From: a virus
Length of the DNA stretch: 64,000 bases
IMG/VR virus record: IMGVR_UViG_3300014913_000007
Span: 64,001 to 128,000 of that record
Direction: 5' to 3' (one strand)
Below the pieces are notes generated by a model, which did not search any database, was not told the DNA's origin, and was given only the letters and a program-made list of their open reading frames with translations. Positions within the stretch are counted from its first letter, which is position 1. Each line of letters begins with the position of its first letter. Shown here piece after piece: positions 53,741 to 64,000 of this stretch. The position numbers and the translations under genes are program-made.

Positions 53741-54716
53741 AAAAAGTTATAGTTCCAGAACCTGCCACTCCTGAAGCTGTAAGAGATAATGCCCTAGCCC
53801 CTACTGATGGAGTATTGTTAGCTGAAACTAATATATAGTCTCCTGAGAAAGGTATGTATGTTGTATAATCACCTCCAGAGGAAGTAACTTGTATATCCGC
53901 TAGTTCATTATCAGAGGTATTAATTAGATATACGGAAGTTCCTGACGCTGGTAAGTCTCTAGTATCATATACTGTACCACTTATGACAAAGGCTGGGTCA
54001 TCTCCAGCAAGTGAATCAACTAAAAAAGTATCGTATATACCGCTAATACTGGTTGGACTAAGTTCCTCACTATATGTGGCAATATATCCCATCTTTACAG
54101 GAGGTTCATAAAAACTTACTGGCAATCCAAGAAGTGTTTCAAGATCTGTTCCACCGGAGTATGCATTATCAGGTACTGTTGAGGTTTGATTAATGTATAC
54201 TCCATCTAAGTATAACTTAGCTATTGGAGTACCCTTATTCACAGTAAGTACTGCACAGTGCCACGTATCTAAATCTATATTGCCTGTGGGTACTTCTATA
54301 ACCATGGTGTTATTTACATAAAATCTTATTCTATGATTATCAAAACTTGTTTTATAAAGGAATAAACCAGTATTAGCCCCAGATACTCCACCGTTCTCAC
54401 AGTATAATCCTGTAACACCATTATTTCCCGTAGTACCTGCATTATCATATAGATTAAACCAACAAATAAAGCTTCGAGTAGTATAGGATCCTGAATAATT
54501 ACCCTTACAACCTACATATTCACTCTCTCTATCAAAAACATAACCATCTCTAGTAGTATTAGCATTCAAAGATATTCCGGGTCTATAACTGAAGTCTGGA
54601 AGAGTAGTTACTGATTGAACAGTACCTAGTACATCTACTGCGGGTATATTATCTATGTTATCTACTGGATATGTTCCACTAAAACTTGTAAAGTCTACTT
54701 CCCAAATCTTTACCAT
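53727..54716 (-). CDS. LamG/concanavalin-like virion protein with C-terminal beta-sandwich
   Basis: SFICWF, TWHCAVLT, LYLDG, YSEELS; paralog of next gene. Confidence 0.7.
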   Translation of the reverse strand: MVKIWEVDFTSFSGTYPVDNIDNIPAVDVLGTVQSVTTLPDFSYRPGISLNANTTRDGYVFDRESEYVGCKGNYSGSYTTRSFICWFNLYDNAGTTGNNGVTGLYCENGGVSGANTGLFLYKTSFDNHRIRFYVNNTMVIEVPTGNIDLDTWHCAVLTVNKGTPIAKLYLDGVYINQTSTVPDNAYSGGTDLETLLGLPVSFYEPPVKMGYIATYSEELSPTSISGIYDTFLVDSLAGDDPAFVISGTVYDTRDLPASGTSVYLINTSDNELADIQVTSSGGDYTTYIPFSGDYILVSANNTPSVGARALSLTASGVAGSGTITFYDGS

Positions 54717-54717
54717 A

Positions 54718-55644
54718 TTAAACCTCGTCGTCGTATATTATTATTTGTTCTCCACTTGTTACCGTAAGTGAGGATGCCCTGCCCCCTGGAGTACCTGACT
54801 TTGAAGTATAGATACTATACTCTCCGGGAGATGGAAATCTAACAGTATAAACACCATTTGACTCACTTACAGTTTCATCTACTACCAGACCTTCTACATG
54901 ATCATATATTATTACATTTGCCTCTGGTAGTGGATCTCCCTCTAAGTCTCTAACTACCCCTACCATCTTAGTAAATGGGTAAGGATTTTTTGCGTCTAAT
55001 AGAAAGTTAAGGTACATTGCAGTCACTTCTTCCTGACTTAATACTCTATCATAAGTAGATATGTACCCTAATGCAGTATCTGACTCACTATCTGTCGCTA
55101 ACTGTCCCATTTTAGAATTACCTGAGTTAGTAGGAGGCATAACACTATCTGAATATACATTATTAGCATTATAATAGCATTCATACTCATCACTTAGTCT
55201 ATCAACTGTTACTATTGCGTTGTGCCATCCGACATTTGTACCAGAGGAAGCAGTTGCTACTGTAGTACCACTCCTTACAAACTCAAGTCCTGAAGTTGCT
55301 AATGCAAATCCATTATCTCCATCTCCCCATATGTAATTAGTATTTCCACTATCGTGACTTGAACTGTAACTGTAATACCAAACTACAAAACTTCTCTTAC
55401 TAGTTGGGGAGTAAGTACTTCCTATTTTAAGTGCCTCTGCACCAGAAACTGCACTATCAAACTCGTAGAAATCTGCTACATTATCTACTGAAAAGTATAC
55501 CCCAGGTCTAAATACGAAGTCCGGTAATACATTAGTTATATTAGGAGATCCAGAAGTAGTTCCACTTAAAGTAGTGTTACTGATATTATCTACTGGAACT
55601 AAATCAGTGAATCGAGTAAAATCTATTTCGGATAACTTAATCAT
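54718..55644 (-). CDS. LamG/concanavalin-like virion protein, paralog
   Basis: SFVVWY, GWHNAIVT, YDRVLSQEEV; GVVRD..GDPLPEA carboxypeptidase-regulatory-like domain. Confidence 0.7.
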   Translation of the reverse strand: MIKLSEIDFTRFTDLVPVDNISNTTLSGTTSGSPNITNVLPDFVFRPGVYFSVDNVADFYEFDSAVSGAEALKIGSTYSPTSKRSFVVWYYSYSSSHDSGNTNYIWGDGDNGFALATSGLEFVRSGTTVATASSGTNVGWHNAIVTVDRLSDEYECYYNANNVYSDSVMPPTNSGNSKMGQLATDSESDTALGYISTYDRVLSQEEVTAMYLNFLLDAKNPYPFTKMVGVVRDLEGDPLPEANVIIYDHVEGLVVDETVSESNGVYTVRFPSPGEYSIYTSKSGTPGGRASSLTVTSGEQIIIYDDEV

Positions 55645-55652
55645 AACTACTC

Positions 55653-58445
55653 CTACAACTTATCTGTAAACATCCATGCTTTTATACTTAATAAATCAGT
55701 ACTTAGATTGTTTACTGAATCAAAATTGTACTTTAAATAGACAGGCTTAGACTCTCCTACCTGCACGTCCTCTAAAAGTATTACTGGTGGAAACTCCACA
55801 GACTCTACTATTGCATTGTCCTCTGGTCTAGGACTTGTAGTCTTCACTGTTAGTTGAATCTGTACGAAGTCTGTTTTAGGTATTAAAGGACTATTAACAG
55901 TAATTGGAAAGAACTCTAAGCTTCCAGCGGTTCCATATAAAGGATCCTCTATGTGTAGAGGTATAGCTCTATCATCTTCTGAACTAGGCTCTAATCCTAC
56001 TCTGTTTACTGTTAGATATTTAAATCCTTCATCAGCGTCTACTGTTTCAGATAGACTAAAGAATTCAAAAGTATGTTGAGACTTTAACTCCTCTATTTTG
56101 AAAGCAGGTATACTTCCAGAACCTATTTCCTGACCGTCAAAGTGAAGACTGTACGCTCCAGTATCCCAATCTACTACCCATACAACTTCATAGGAATTTC
56201 CAGCACTTGCTGACATGTTATAGGTAGAAGTGGTACTCCCATTATATACTTTTATTGCTGAAAAAGATCCACCAGTATCTGAAGACCTACCAAAAATGAG
56301 TGATATGAAGTCATCATCAGACCTTTCTGCAGTCTCTAAATCTCTATTAGGTAAACTACCTGTCTCTAATGTATCAATAAAGGGTGCTAAATAGAACCTT
56401 GAATACTTAGTAGATCCTGAAAGTCTATCTGTTGCAGGATTCCACCAGAACTTATATTGCATTTTACTGGAAGTTCCAAGAGGGAAACCAAAAGTAACGT
56501 AACCACTGTTATAATCTCCTACTCCTGCCTGATGACTAAAAGTTAGTATATCACTATCTGAAGTAATAATAGTATCATTAAACACTCCTTGTACCCAAAC
56601 ATCTGGGTCTAAAGCAGTCCCAAAACTCTCTACTACATTATCAGATGCGGGTGTTTCATTGGATCCTCTAATTTGAAAGTTCGCTACCCCTAAACTGTCA
56701 TCAAACTTAAGAACACTGCTATCATTATCTATAAGGTTCATATAAATTCTTCTGAAGTTTTCTGCCTCTTCCATTCGCATGACCGGAGATAACCATGTTC
56801 CAACTACTGGAGCGTTGTAATCCTCTAGAGATATCTCACTTAATATAAGTGCTTCCTGATATGAGTCATCGTCTCCCTCTGTTTGAAACAGTAAGGTATT
56901 ATCAAATCCTACTATTATATCATCATATGTATTAGTAGGACTTAAAACTAAAACTGGATTAGAACTCCACAGACCAGTAACAGGATCATATTCGTATACA
57001 TTCTCACCATCTAAGTTTAACCAGACCTTGTTTATATCGGGCCTTGCAGTTAAACCATTAACAAATGTACCTAATGAAGCATGATCTGCTAAAGTATACC
57101 AAATGTTACTGCTTATATTATACCTATGGAATCTTCTACCATTATTTGGTCCAGAAGCAAAATAAATGTCATCACCTAACTGACAAAACCCGTTTAAAGC
57201 ATCGTCTGGACTTTCAGTCATGTTGGCCATCCTAGTCTGTACTTCTGTAGTAGTATTAATTCTCCAGACTTGATAGCTTACAGAACTAGAAGATCCAGCT
57301 GAAGACATTGCTCCCATAACATATAAATTACCTTCATAATAAAAAATCGCTTTACATTTTCTATTATAGAAACTGAGACCCGTCATAAAGGTGGAGTGTG
57401 TATCTGTTGATATCTCATATCTCTGCAACTCTTGAGTGTCTTTACCGTTTAAGTAATAAATATAATCTCCACCATCCCAAGCTAAACAAGTGTAGTTTTG
57501 TTCATCTGTGTTTGAAGGACTGTTTACTGGTAGGGATGAGATAGTCCTAGTGTTAGTTACTGCATTCATTAAATAAATTCTATGGTTGGTTTTTGTTCTT
57601 GCGAACACTTTGTTACCATCTTTGTCTATTACTTCTATACCTATTGATCCTGTTGATTCATTATTCGATTCTGATAGGGTTATAGTATCTCCCTCTCCTA
57701 ACCCAGCTACTGGATTATTAGGATTAGACACTGCCAGCTTATTATCAGCTGTTACCGTGGTATTTTCAAAAACTCCCCATTCCCATGGAATTGCACTTGG
57801 TATGCTCAGTTCAGAGTCGAAACTTAGGAAAGTTCCTGTGGTGGTTGTGGATAGTTCTAACTTCTTTAGTAGATCATAATCCACATCAGAGGTATCAGCT
57901 GAGACAAACATATCAGTAGGGATTGTTCCATCATTTCTTACATCTAATTCGTAGATTGTACTTGTTTCCGAGAAGGCTCCTCCAGTTAGGTTAAAAGATT
58001 GCAGGTTTCCATCCTCTCCAAAGTTTACTTCTGTATCATTATTTATTACTTCCAAACTTGTGAGGGTTAGAGGACTGCCTGAAGGTACTACGTGATCTAC
58101 TTTAAAATATCTAGGATAATCAAAGCCACTAGTAGTTGGTTCGACTCTGACACTTTGACCTATTAAACTTAGACTTCCAGCTGTTAGATTATCTAAATCT
58201 CTACCGTATTGAATAGTTAGTCCAGAGGTGCTAACTGGAGTAAATCCATAATCTAACCTATCTATTGACTTTTGAGTGCCAAGATCTAGTAACAGGCTTA
58301 GTGTACCACCAGAGACTGAGATGCTGGCTCCTGAGCTTGAAATTAAGTCAGCTACTTGCTGTGCATCTAAACCTATTGATGTTCCTGATGTAAGTGGCTC
58401 CTCATTTGTTATAAAAGATTCGCTTAAAATATTAAATTCAGCCAT
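55653..58445 (-). CDS. virion/tail protein with Kelch-like beta-propeller
   Basis: repeated YIYY/LYVMG/IYFASG...RY.I....W blades; acidic. Confidence 0.65.
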   Translation of the reverse strand: MAEFNILSESFITNEEPLTSGTSIGLDAQQVADLISSSGASISVSGGTLSLLLDLGTQKSIDRLDYGFTPVSTSGLTIQYGRDLDNLTAGSLSLIGQSVRVEPTTSGFDYPRYFKVDHVVPSGSPLTLTSLEVINNDTEVNFGEDGNLQSFNLTGGAFSETSTIYELDVRNDGTIPTDMFVSADTSDVDYDLLKKLELSTTTTGTFLSFDSELSIPSAIPWEWGVFENTTVTADNKLAVSNPNNPVAGLGEGDTITLSESNNESTGSIGIEVIDKDGNKVFARTKTNHRIYLMNAVTNTRTISSLPVNSPSNTDEQNYTCLAWDGGDYIYYLNGKDTQELQRYEISTDTHSTFMTGLSFYNRKCKAIFYYEGNLYVMGAMSSAGSSSSVSYQVWRINTTTEVQTRMANMTESPDDALNGFCQLGDDIYFASGPNNGRRFHRYNISSNIWYTLADHASLGTFVNGLTARPDINKVWLNLDGENVYEYDPVTGLWSSNPVLVLSPTNTYDDIIVGFDNTLLFQTEGDDDSYQEALILSEISLEDYNAPVVGTWLSPVMRMEEAENFRRIYMNLIDNDSSVLKFDDSLGVANFQIRGSNETPASDNVVESFGTALDPDVWVQGVFNDTIITSDSDILTFSHQAGVGDYNSGYVTFGFPLGTSSKMQYKFWWNPATDRLSGSTKYSRFYLAPFIDTLETGSLPNRDLETAERSDDDFISLIFGRSSDTGGSFSAIKVYNGSTTSTYNMSASAGNSYEVVWVVDWDTGAYSLHFDGQEIGSGSIPAFKIEELKSQHTFEFFSLSETVDADEGFKYLTVNRVGLEPSSEDDRAIPLHIEDPLYGTAGSLEFFPITVNSPLIPKTDFVQIQLTVKTTSPRPEDNAIVESVEFPPVILLEDVQVGESKPVYLKYNFDSVNNLSTDLLSIKAWMFTDKL

Positions 58446-58446
58446 C

Positions 58447-61400
58447 TTATCCTCTCCTCCATCTAGTTCTTAGATGCGCTTTTCTTGCTAAGTTTCTAGT
58501 ATCCTTAGGTAAATCTGTTTTTATCCAGACTCTAAGAGAATCCCCTGGCGGTACATTCTCTATTAATATAGGCAAGTTATTACTAGTTCCTTCATAAAAA
58601 TTTACTCCATCTATGGATATTTTAATTTTATCCTTCAGAGTTTGTAGTTGTGAGAATTCAAATTTCTTTGGTTCTCTACTTATGATAACATTTTCTATCC
58701 CTGCAGTCACGCTTTTTAGGTCAGGTACTATCTTCCCTGGCACTGAACTTAGGTATTCGTCTGTTATATTCATTGCTATATCTATTTCTGGTGCTTTTCC
58801 ACCTATAAAGAAGTAACTATTCTTAGTTATCTCTATATCCCAAGTAGTGGTAAAGTGCATTATGGATATATCATTAAACCATATTCTTACAGTTGATCCT
58901 GCTATCTGGTCTATCTCTTTTCCAGAACTGTCCCAGGCTATACTAAACTTAAAGGGTTTATACTTCTCTATATCAAAAACCCTACCAGTTACTAAGCTAA
59001 TTCTATTAGTTTTAGTAGTAATAGTTAGTGTAAAACCTGAAAACGCTGAGTAAGTACATGTTAAACTCTCATCTAGTTCATTAACTGCTGTAAATACTGT
59101 GAACGCTTCCGACTTGGTTACTGTAGTGTTTGCTTGAAAGTCCCAATCAGGTGTTATCCACGCTTCAAAGAATCCTTTATCAATTCTAAACCCTGACAGT
59201 GGATAGTATAGATACTCCAAGTTATTTAAGTAAAGAGTATCGTTATATTTTCCAGGTAAGCTAAAATTCTCACGTACTATCTTAAAATTATCTAACCAAA
59301 CATTTATATCCACACTAGTAGTATCTAAAGGTTTAAGCTCTAGTTCTACAAAACCTAAAGGTCCGTTTTTAAAGTCAACTCTAGATTCTAAATCCGATCT
59401 ATCAACTGAGTTTAAATTAATTCCAGGTATTCCCTGTATAGGTGCATCTTTAAATCTGAAGTTATATCTCTCTAACTCTGTAGAAGCTATATCCCCCTCT
59501 ATAGAAGCTAATGACCATTCATAATAGTAAGTGGAGTCCTGCCCAACCCTGATGAAGCAGTTATCTAAGTCTAGCAGCTCAGGTGAGTCAATTTTTAAAG
59601 AGACACTTAGGAAATCCTGTATTGACCAGTTTTCATCAATGTCTATTCTGGCAGCTGTACCTATTGTAACTGTCTCAGACTCTTCGTTACCGCTTAGGTA
59701 TGTTATTTTTAGTGACCTTCTACCTCCGTCCCTAACATTTGGATCATTATCTACATCTATTACTGCAGCAGGTTTATTAGTATCTTCATATAAGTATACA
59801 TCTCCTACAGTAACTGTACTTTCATGTACGGTAGAACCATATGTTATATCTTCAAATAATACTCTAAATCCACTAAGAGTTACTGGAGAGGTAAAATTGG
59901 CTCTATAAGTATCTCCTCCGTTAAAGACAAGCTCTAAATTGTCATCATCCTCTAACTCTCCCTCTGTATACACCTCTTCAACAAGGTCACTTTCAGTATA
60001 TATAGTGTACCAGTTAGATTCGATAGTTGGATCTTCTCCAGATAATGTTTGAAAGGTAAGAGTATTTGGTTTACCTACAGCTGAGTCAGGTATTCTAATT
60101 CCAAACCCATTTGCAGTTACTTCATAAAACTCTATATAAGTATCCTCTATATCTGAAGTTTCAATAGGTGGAAAGTCTATTCCAGATATTGAGTAAGATA
60201 CTCCAGAGGATGTTACAAATAAATTACCAAAAGCTCTCCACGCATTATAGCTGGAGGCTTGCATGATTACATTAGTAGTAAGGTCTTCGTCAAATAACTG
60301 ATCCGTTCTACTGGTTTCCATGTTATCACTTACTCTAACTGATGCGGATCCATATAAGAAGTCTTCTGCATTGTTAACTTCAAAAGCTGTCAATTTAGCT
60401 ATATTATTCTCTTCTAGGTAAGGAACTGTAAACCAACTTGCATATTCCGTAAAGTCTACTATACTTTTATATTCACTTGCATTATTAAGAAATACTCCAT
60501 CTGTACTTGCTTGGAAAGTCGCAGCTAACTTTTGTAAATTGGTACCATCTGTTATATCAAAGGTCTCATTTTTAAAGGACAACCATCTAATATCTCCTGA
60601 AAACTTATCCTCTTCAGAGTAATCCACCCAGCTGTCCCAGGAAACTTCTTTTGGATTGTCTTTATTGGTTGCTGAAGATGTTTGTTTAGCCTCAGCAGTC
60701 CATCCATTGAATCCAGGTCTACCTGAATATTCCTGATTTGAGGTATCCAGAAGTTCATAGAAAGCAACACTAAAAGTCTCTAGTAAATCTACTGCAATAA
60801 CTGGATAATCTAGCTGACTAACCGCTGTTTGAGTGTCTCCATCTGTGAGTATGTTTCCTAAGGACTCCCACTCAGAGTTTGTAAACTTGCTATCTGGCAA
60901 TCTAGTAATATCTGGATAGATTCTTAATATATCTAAGTAAGTAACATTAGTTTCTGTTACTGGTACTGCATCCTCTAAGAAGAGTACCCATCTAGCATTA
61001 AGTACTGTAGAATTTCCCCATAACACTGAAGCTATATCCGAAGTATCTGAGCTTGAATACTGTGTCCTATATGCTTTCCAGAGATCTTTTCCAGTATTAG
61101 TGTAAATCTGCATTATATCTAGATTATAAACTGTTCCCAAATCAACGGCTATTGCTTTTGCACCATAATCCGTAACCAAATCTACTTTATTATCTTCTTC
61201 TACCTCTCCAAGAGAACCTATCATCTTTGGAAATTTGAAGCTAATATTGTAAGAGGAAAAAGTAGACTCTCCTGCAAACTGGAAAGAGTTTATACTTTGG
61301 TAAGGTGTGACACCCGCTGCATATCTATAAGGTCTTACATTTCCAGTCTGTGTTTCCCAATAGTTACCTATAAACACCTTTAAAGGATCTGTTAAATTAT

Positions 61401-64000
61401 AACTTAGTAAGTCTATTGAGAAGACGGGATCTGTTCCCCACTGAAACTCATTAGTTCCATTTACAGAATCAATATAATAAAAGTGTAAACTATCTACTCC
61501 AGATTTTACTTCTCTAGTTAGGTACATTGAGTATTCTACTCCATCATCCCACTGCCCATATGATCCATCACCTACTGTGAGTATGTCTGCTACTTGTACT
61601 GAACTTAATGTTCCTATGTTACTGTCTCGTACCTCATAATATATGCGCTGTATAGGACCCAAACTTATTGCATTCCTATCGTAGTTTCGAATTCTTTTAC
61701 GTATGTATATTTTTCTTCCATTTCCATCTACTATTCCAATGGTTGCTCCCCTCTTGTTGCAGCATAGTCCTCTAACATCTGTCTCTGCAAGTACAGAAGC
61801 TGTAAAACTTCCTACCACATTCCAAGAACTATGAAGCTCTGCATTAAGTGGTGGATTAGGATTAGCTAAAGTATCACCATCTACACCTTGAATACTAAAC
61901 CCTGGATCGTCTCCATAGTTTATCTTCCCTCCAGGAATGAGTACACCTGTATCTGGGGCAGTCTGTGGAAAGTTCTCGTGATAGCCAGCTAACCATCTGC
62001 TTCCGTAACTTACTCCACGTATAAAGTAGTCAGACTCATTTTCGAACCTTGAAGATTCGTAGTATAATTTCTTAGAAGCTAGATTTTTTAACCCATAACA
62101 AGGTGAGTTGATAGCTATAGTCTCAGTTATTCTTAAATCAAAGTCCTCATTCTGCTCTATTACACCTGCTGGACCTATTTCAGGTAATCTTACATCCTCT
62201 TCAGTATTCATGGAAGACTTAAGAATTAAATCATCTGCTATCTCTTCAGTCTCTATGTATAGTTCTACGCTTGAACTTTCACAAGCTCTGTTCACTACCT
62301 CTACTACCTCCGCAGCTGACTCCTCTCCCTTCTCTATTTCAGGAGCTATTAGTTCTAGAGGTTTTTTAGTTTGATAGTCCTTATATCTAACAGTATCATC
62401 AGAACTTTCTGCGTAAAATTCAGAGATTGCAAAAGTTGTACCGGGACTAGATACTATTCTAAGATATCTAGTTGGAAATCCTATATTGAATCTTGCTTTA
62501 TTCTCTGAAATTAATTTTGGATCTACTCTCTGAAATTCAACTCCATCTATTGAGAAGTAAAACTCTAGAGACTCATCTAATCCTGAAGCAGAATCTGTTT
62601 TAGATATAAGTTCCACTTCTGACATTTTAGTGGAAACATGTGCCCTACATGCCCACCTAACTGCTGTAGTATTAACTGAATCAAATTTCTTCTGTAATAA
62701 AATATAAGGATTCTTATTATAAGTATCTACTACTTCACCTGACGATGGGTTAAATGCGGATAGTTGGGCATCAAATGTCGTATCAAAATGTTTCTGAAAT
62801 TCCACTAACTGATCAAGATCATCTCTGTGAAGCCTTAATCTATCTAAGTATACTTGTTCGTACTCTGAGGAATTACCTAGCCCTATTCTTTCAAAGCCCT
62901 TTATCTCACTATCATATGTAGTACTTGAGTCTTTTAACCACTCTAGCGAGTAGTTCTCTGTATGTGGATATTCTTTAAAAAATAAGTTGAACTGTTGAAT
63001 ATTCTTTGGTACATCCCAAGTCATTCTTATCTCATAGGGATCTCCATAATAGTCATAGATCCTTTCATGAATTAGTGTCCCAGCTGTAGGAAATTCTATA
63101 TCAATAGGGTCTTCTGGGTATGTAGGTGTCCACTCACCATCTCCTGATATGTAGCAATAAGCTGCTCTAGAGTCATCCCCTTCAAAGGTTCCAACACTTC
63201 CATTAGAGGCGAACCTCAATCCATCTGTCAATGTAAATACATTATATGCTATATTGTCGTGTATCTTATCCTCTGGTAGTGCTGAGATTGTATTAAAAAC
63301 TCTATGAATGTGTGTACCTGAAACAAGTACTTGCAAGTTAAAGCCCTTACCTACAGCAGTTGCTATGTTATACTCTCTATCATGTGGTAATACTTCTCCC
63401 ACTACCTCAAAAAATTCTATATTCTCAGATTGAGGGAACTCTATATCGTATACTGCTCTAGTTTGCTTAAGCTTTGATCCTCCAAATAAACCTATTCCTC
63501 GTATTCCTGCGCCAATAGGTGTGGAAACATTTATATTGTCTCCTATTAGATCTCCGTCTTCCTCTAAGTAGATTGCATCTACACTATTATTTATATCATT
63601 TCCTGCATATACTTCTATTGCATTGTATATACCTATAAAATCTCCACGATGTACATACCAATTAACATCTACTCTATATGTATCGTGATTTCTGGTATAA
63701 GTTTCTCCAGATTGTTCTATTCCTAACTGTGTCTCATTAATTAACGTTAAGTCTCCATCAATGTTTGGCCTGAAGTGTTTTAACTTTGCTATAGATTCTA
63801 TAGTTAATTCTAAAGCAGAGGCTGTAGGTAAAACTGTATCAATACTTACTGCCCCATTATACTTGTGTACTTGTACTACTCCATAAGTTCCATTTCCAAT
63901 GTAACCTGGTGTATCTATTATAACTAAGTCTCCTATATTTACGTTGGCTTCTTTAATACTACCTACACCTAGATTTATCCAACTACTTGTTATACTTGCA
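58447..64000 (-). CDS. very large virion/tail protein, N-terminus outside window
   Basis: frame of track ORF 58447-63402 stays open from 63402 to the window end; acidic and beta-rich with LamG-like C-terminal part. Confidence 0.8.
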   Translation of the reverse strand, partial: ASITSSWINLGVGSIKEANVNIGDLVIIDTPGYIGNGTYGVVQVHKYNGAVSIDTVLPTASALELTIESIAKLKHFRPNIDGDLTLINETQLGIEQSGETYTRNHDTYRVDVNWYVHRGDFIGIYNAIEVYAGNDINNSVDAIYLEEDGDLIGDNINVSTPIGAGIRGIGLFGGSKLKQTRAVYDIEFPQSENIEFFEVVGEVLPHDREYNIATAVGKGFNLQVLVSGTHIHRVFNTISALPEDKIHDNIAYNVFTLTDGLRFASNGSVGTFEGDDSRAAYCYISGDGEWTPTYPEDPIDIEFPTAGTLIHERIYDYYGDPYEIRMTWDVPKNIQQFNLFFKEYPHTENYSLEWLKDSSTTYDSEIKGFERIGLGNSSEYEQVYLDRLRLHRDDLDQLVEFQKHFDTTFDAQLSAFNPSSGEVVDTYNKNPYILLQKKFDSVNTTAVRWACRAHVSTKMSEVELISKTDSASGLDESLEFYFSIDGVEFQRVDPKLISENKARFNIGFPTRYLRIVSSPGTTFAISEFYAESSDDTVRYKDYQTKKPLELIAPEIEKGEESAAEVVEVVNRACESSSVELYIETEEIADDLILKSSMNTEEDVRLPEIGPAGVIEQNEDFDLRITETIAINSPCYGLKNLASKKLYYESSRFENESDYFIRGVSYGSRWLAGYHENFPQTAPDTGVLIPGGKINYGDDPGFSIQGVDGDTLANPNPPLNAELHSSWNVVGSFTASVLAETDVRGLCCNKRGATIGIVDGNGRKIYIRKRIRNYDRNAISLGPIQRIYYEVRDSNIGTLSSVQVADILTVGDGSYGQWDDGVEYSMYLTREVKSGVDSLHFYYIDSVNGTNEFQWGTDPVFSIDLLSYNLTDPLKVFIGNYWETQTGNVRPYRYAAGVTPYQSINSFQFAGESTFSSYNISFKFPKMIGSLGEVEEDNKVDLVTDYGAKAIAVDLGTVYNLDIMQIYTNTGKDLWKAYRTQYSSSDTSDIASVLWGNSTVLNARWVLFLEDAVPVTETNVTYLDILRIYPDITRLPDSKFTNSEWESLGNILTDGDTQTAVSQLDYPVIAVDLLETFSVAFYELLDTSNQEYSGRPGFNGWTAEAKQTSSATNKDNPKEVSWDSWVDYSEEDKFSGDIRWLSFKNETFDITDGTNLQKLAATFQASTDGVFLNNASEYKSIVDFTEYASWFTVPYLEENNIAKLTAFEVNNAEDFLYGSASVRVSDNMETSRTDQLFDEDLTTNVIMQASSYNAWRAFGNLFVTSSGVSYSISGIDFPPIETSDIEDTYIEFYEVTANGFGIRIPDSAVGKPNTLTFQTLSGEDPTIESNWYTIYTESDLVEEVYTEGELEDDDNLELVFNGGDTYRANFTSPVTLSGFRVLFEDITYGSTVHESTVTVGDVYLYEDTNKPAAVIDVDNDPNVRDGGRRSLKITYLSGNEESETVTIGTAARIDIDENWSIQDFLSVSLKIDSPELLDLDNCFIRVGQDSTYYYEWSLASIEGDIASTELERYNFRFKDAPIQGIPGINLNSVDRSDLESRVDFKNGPLGFVELELKPLDTTSVDINVWLDNFKIVRENFSLPGKYNDTLYLNNLEYLYYPLSGFRIDKGFFEAWITPDWDFQANTTVTKSEAFTVFTAVNELDESLTCTYSAFSGFTLTITTKTNRISLVTGRVFDIEKYKPFKFSIAWDSSGKEIDQIAGSTVRIWFNDISIMHFTTTWDIEITKNSYFFIGGKAPEIDIAMNITDEYLSSVPGKIVPDLKSVTAGIENVIISREPKKFEFSQLQTLKDKIKISIDGVNFYEGTSNNLPILIENVPPGDSLRVWIKTDLPKDTRNLARKAHLRTRWRRG

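Noticed and set aside
2482-62374. Numerous plus-strand ORFs nested in long minus-strand genes
   Set aside because: Antisense shadows of genes with clear family motifs.
63400-63402. GTG start assigned by the track to the 1651-aa ORF
   Set aside because: The frame is open to the window edge, so the true start lies outside the window.

Overview
AT-rich segment of a large (jumbo-type) tailed phage genome in the standard genetic code, with most CDS on the minus strand. The host is probably Gram-negative (inferred from an LpxR-like lipid A deacylase). 1-31 kb is an accessory, nucleotide-metabolism and translation region: metallophosphoesterase, DEDDh exonuclease, ClpP, MazG-like protein, GGQ release-factor homolog, class II RNR, dUTPase, SLT, homing endonucleases and scattered virion/receptor-binding genes. 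It also holds four plus-strand tRNA arrays (25 tRNA-like genes, no Ser) and two candidate promoter-driven ncRNAs. 33-51 kb is a replication/recombination block (family A polymerase, epimerase and glycosyltransferases, PD-(D/E)XK nuclease, RuvC, DnaJ, DnaG, DnaB, RecA, clamp). 51-64 kb encodes virion/tail proteins. Main discovery: each tRNA array is preceded by a shared promoter type and a 26-39 codon leader ORF missed by the ORF track. Each leader is enriched in the amino acids carried by the tRNAs of its own array (M/F/W/V/N/P/A/Q/I; L/C/Y/E; G/T; D/R/H/K/I-AUA). This suggests ribosome-mediated, tRNA-sensing attenuation of phage tRNA operons. All calls were made by eye; no searches or folding programs were run.
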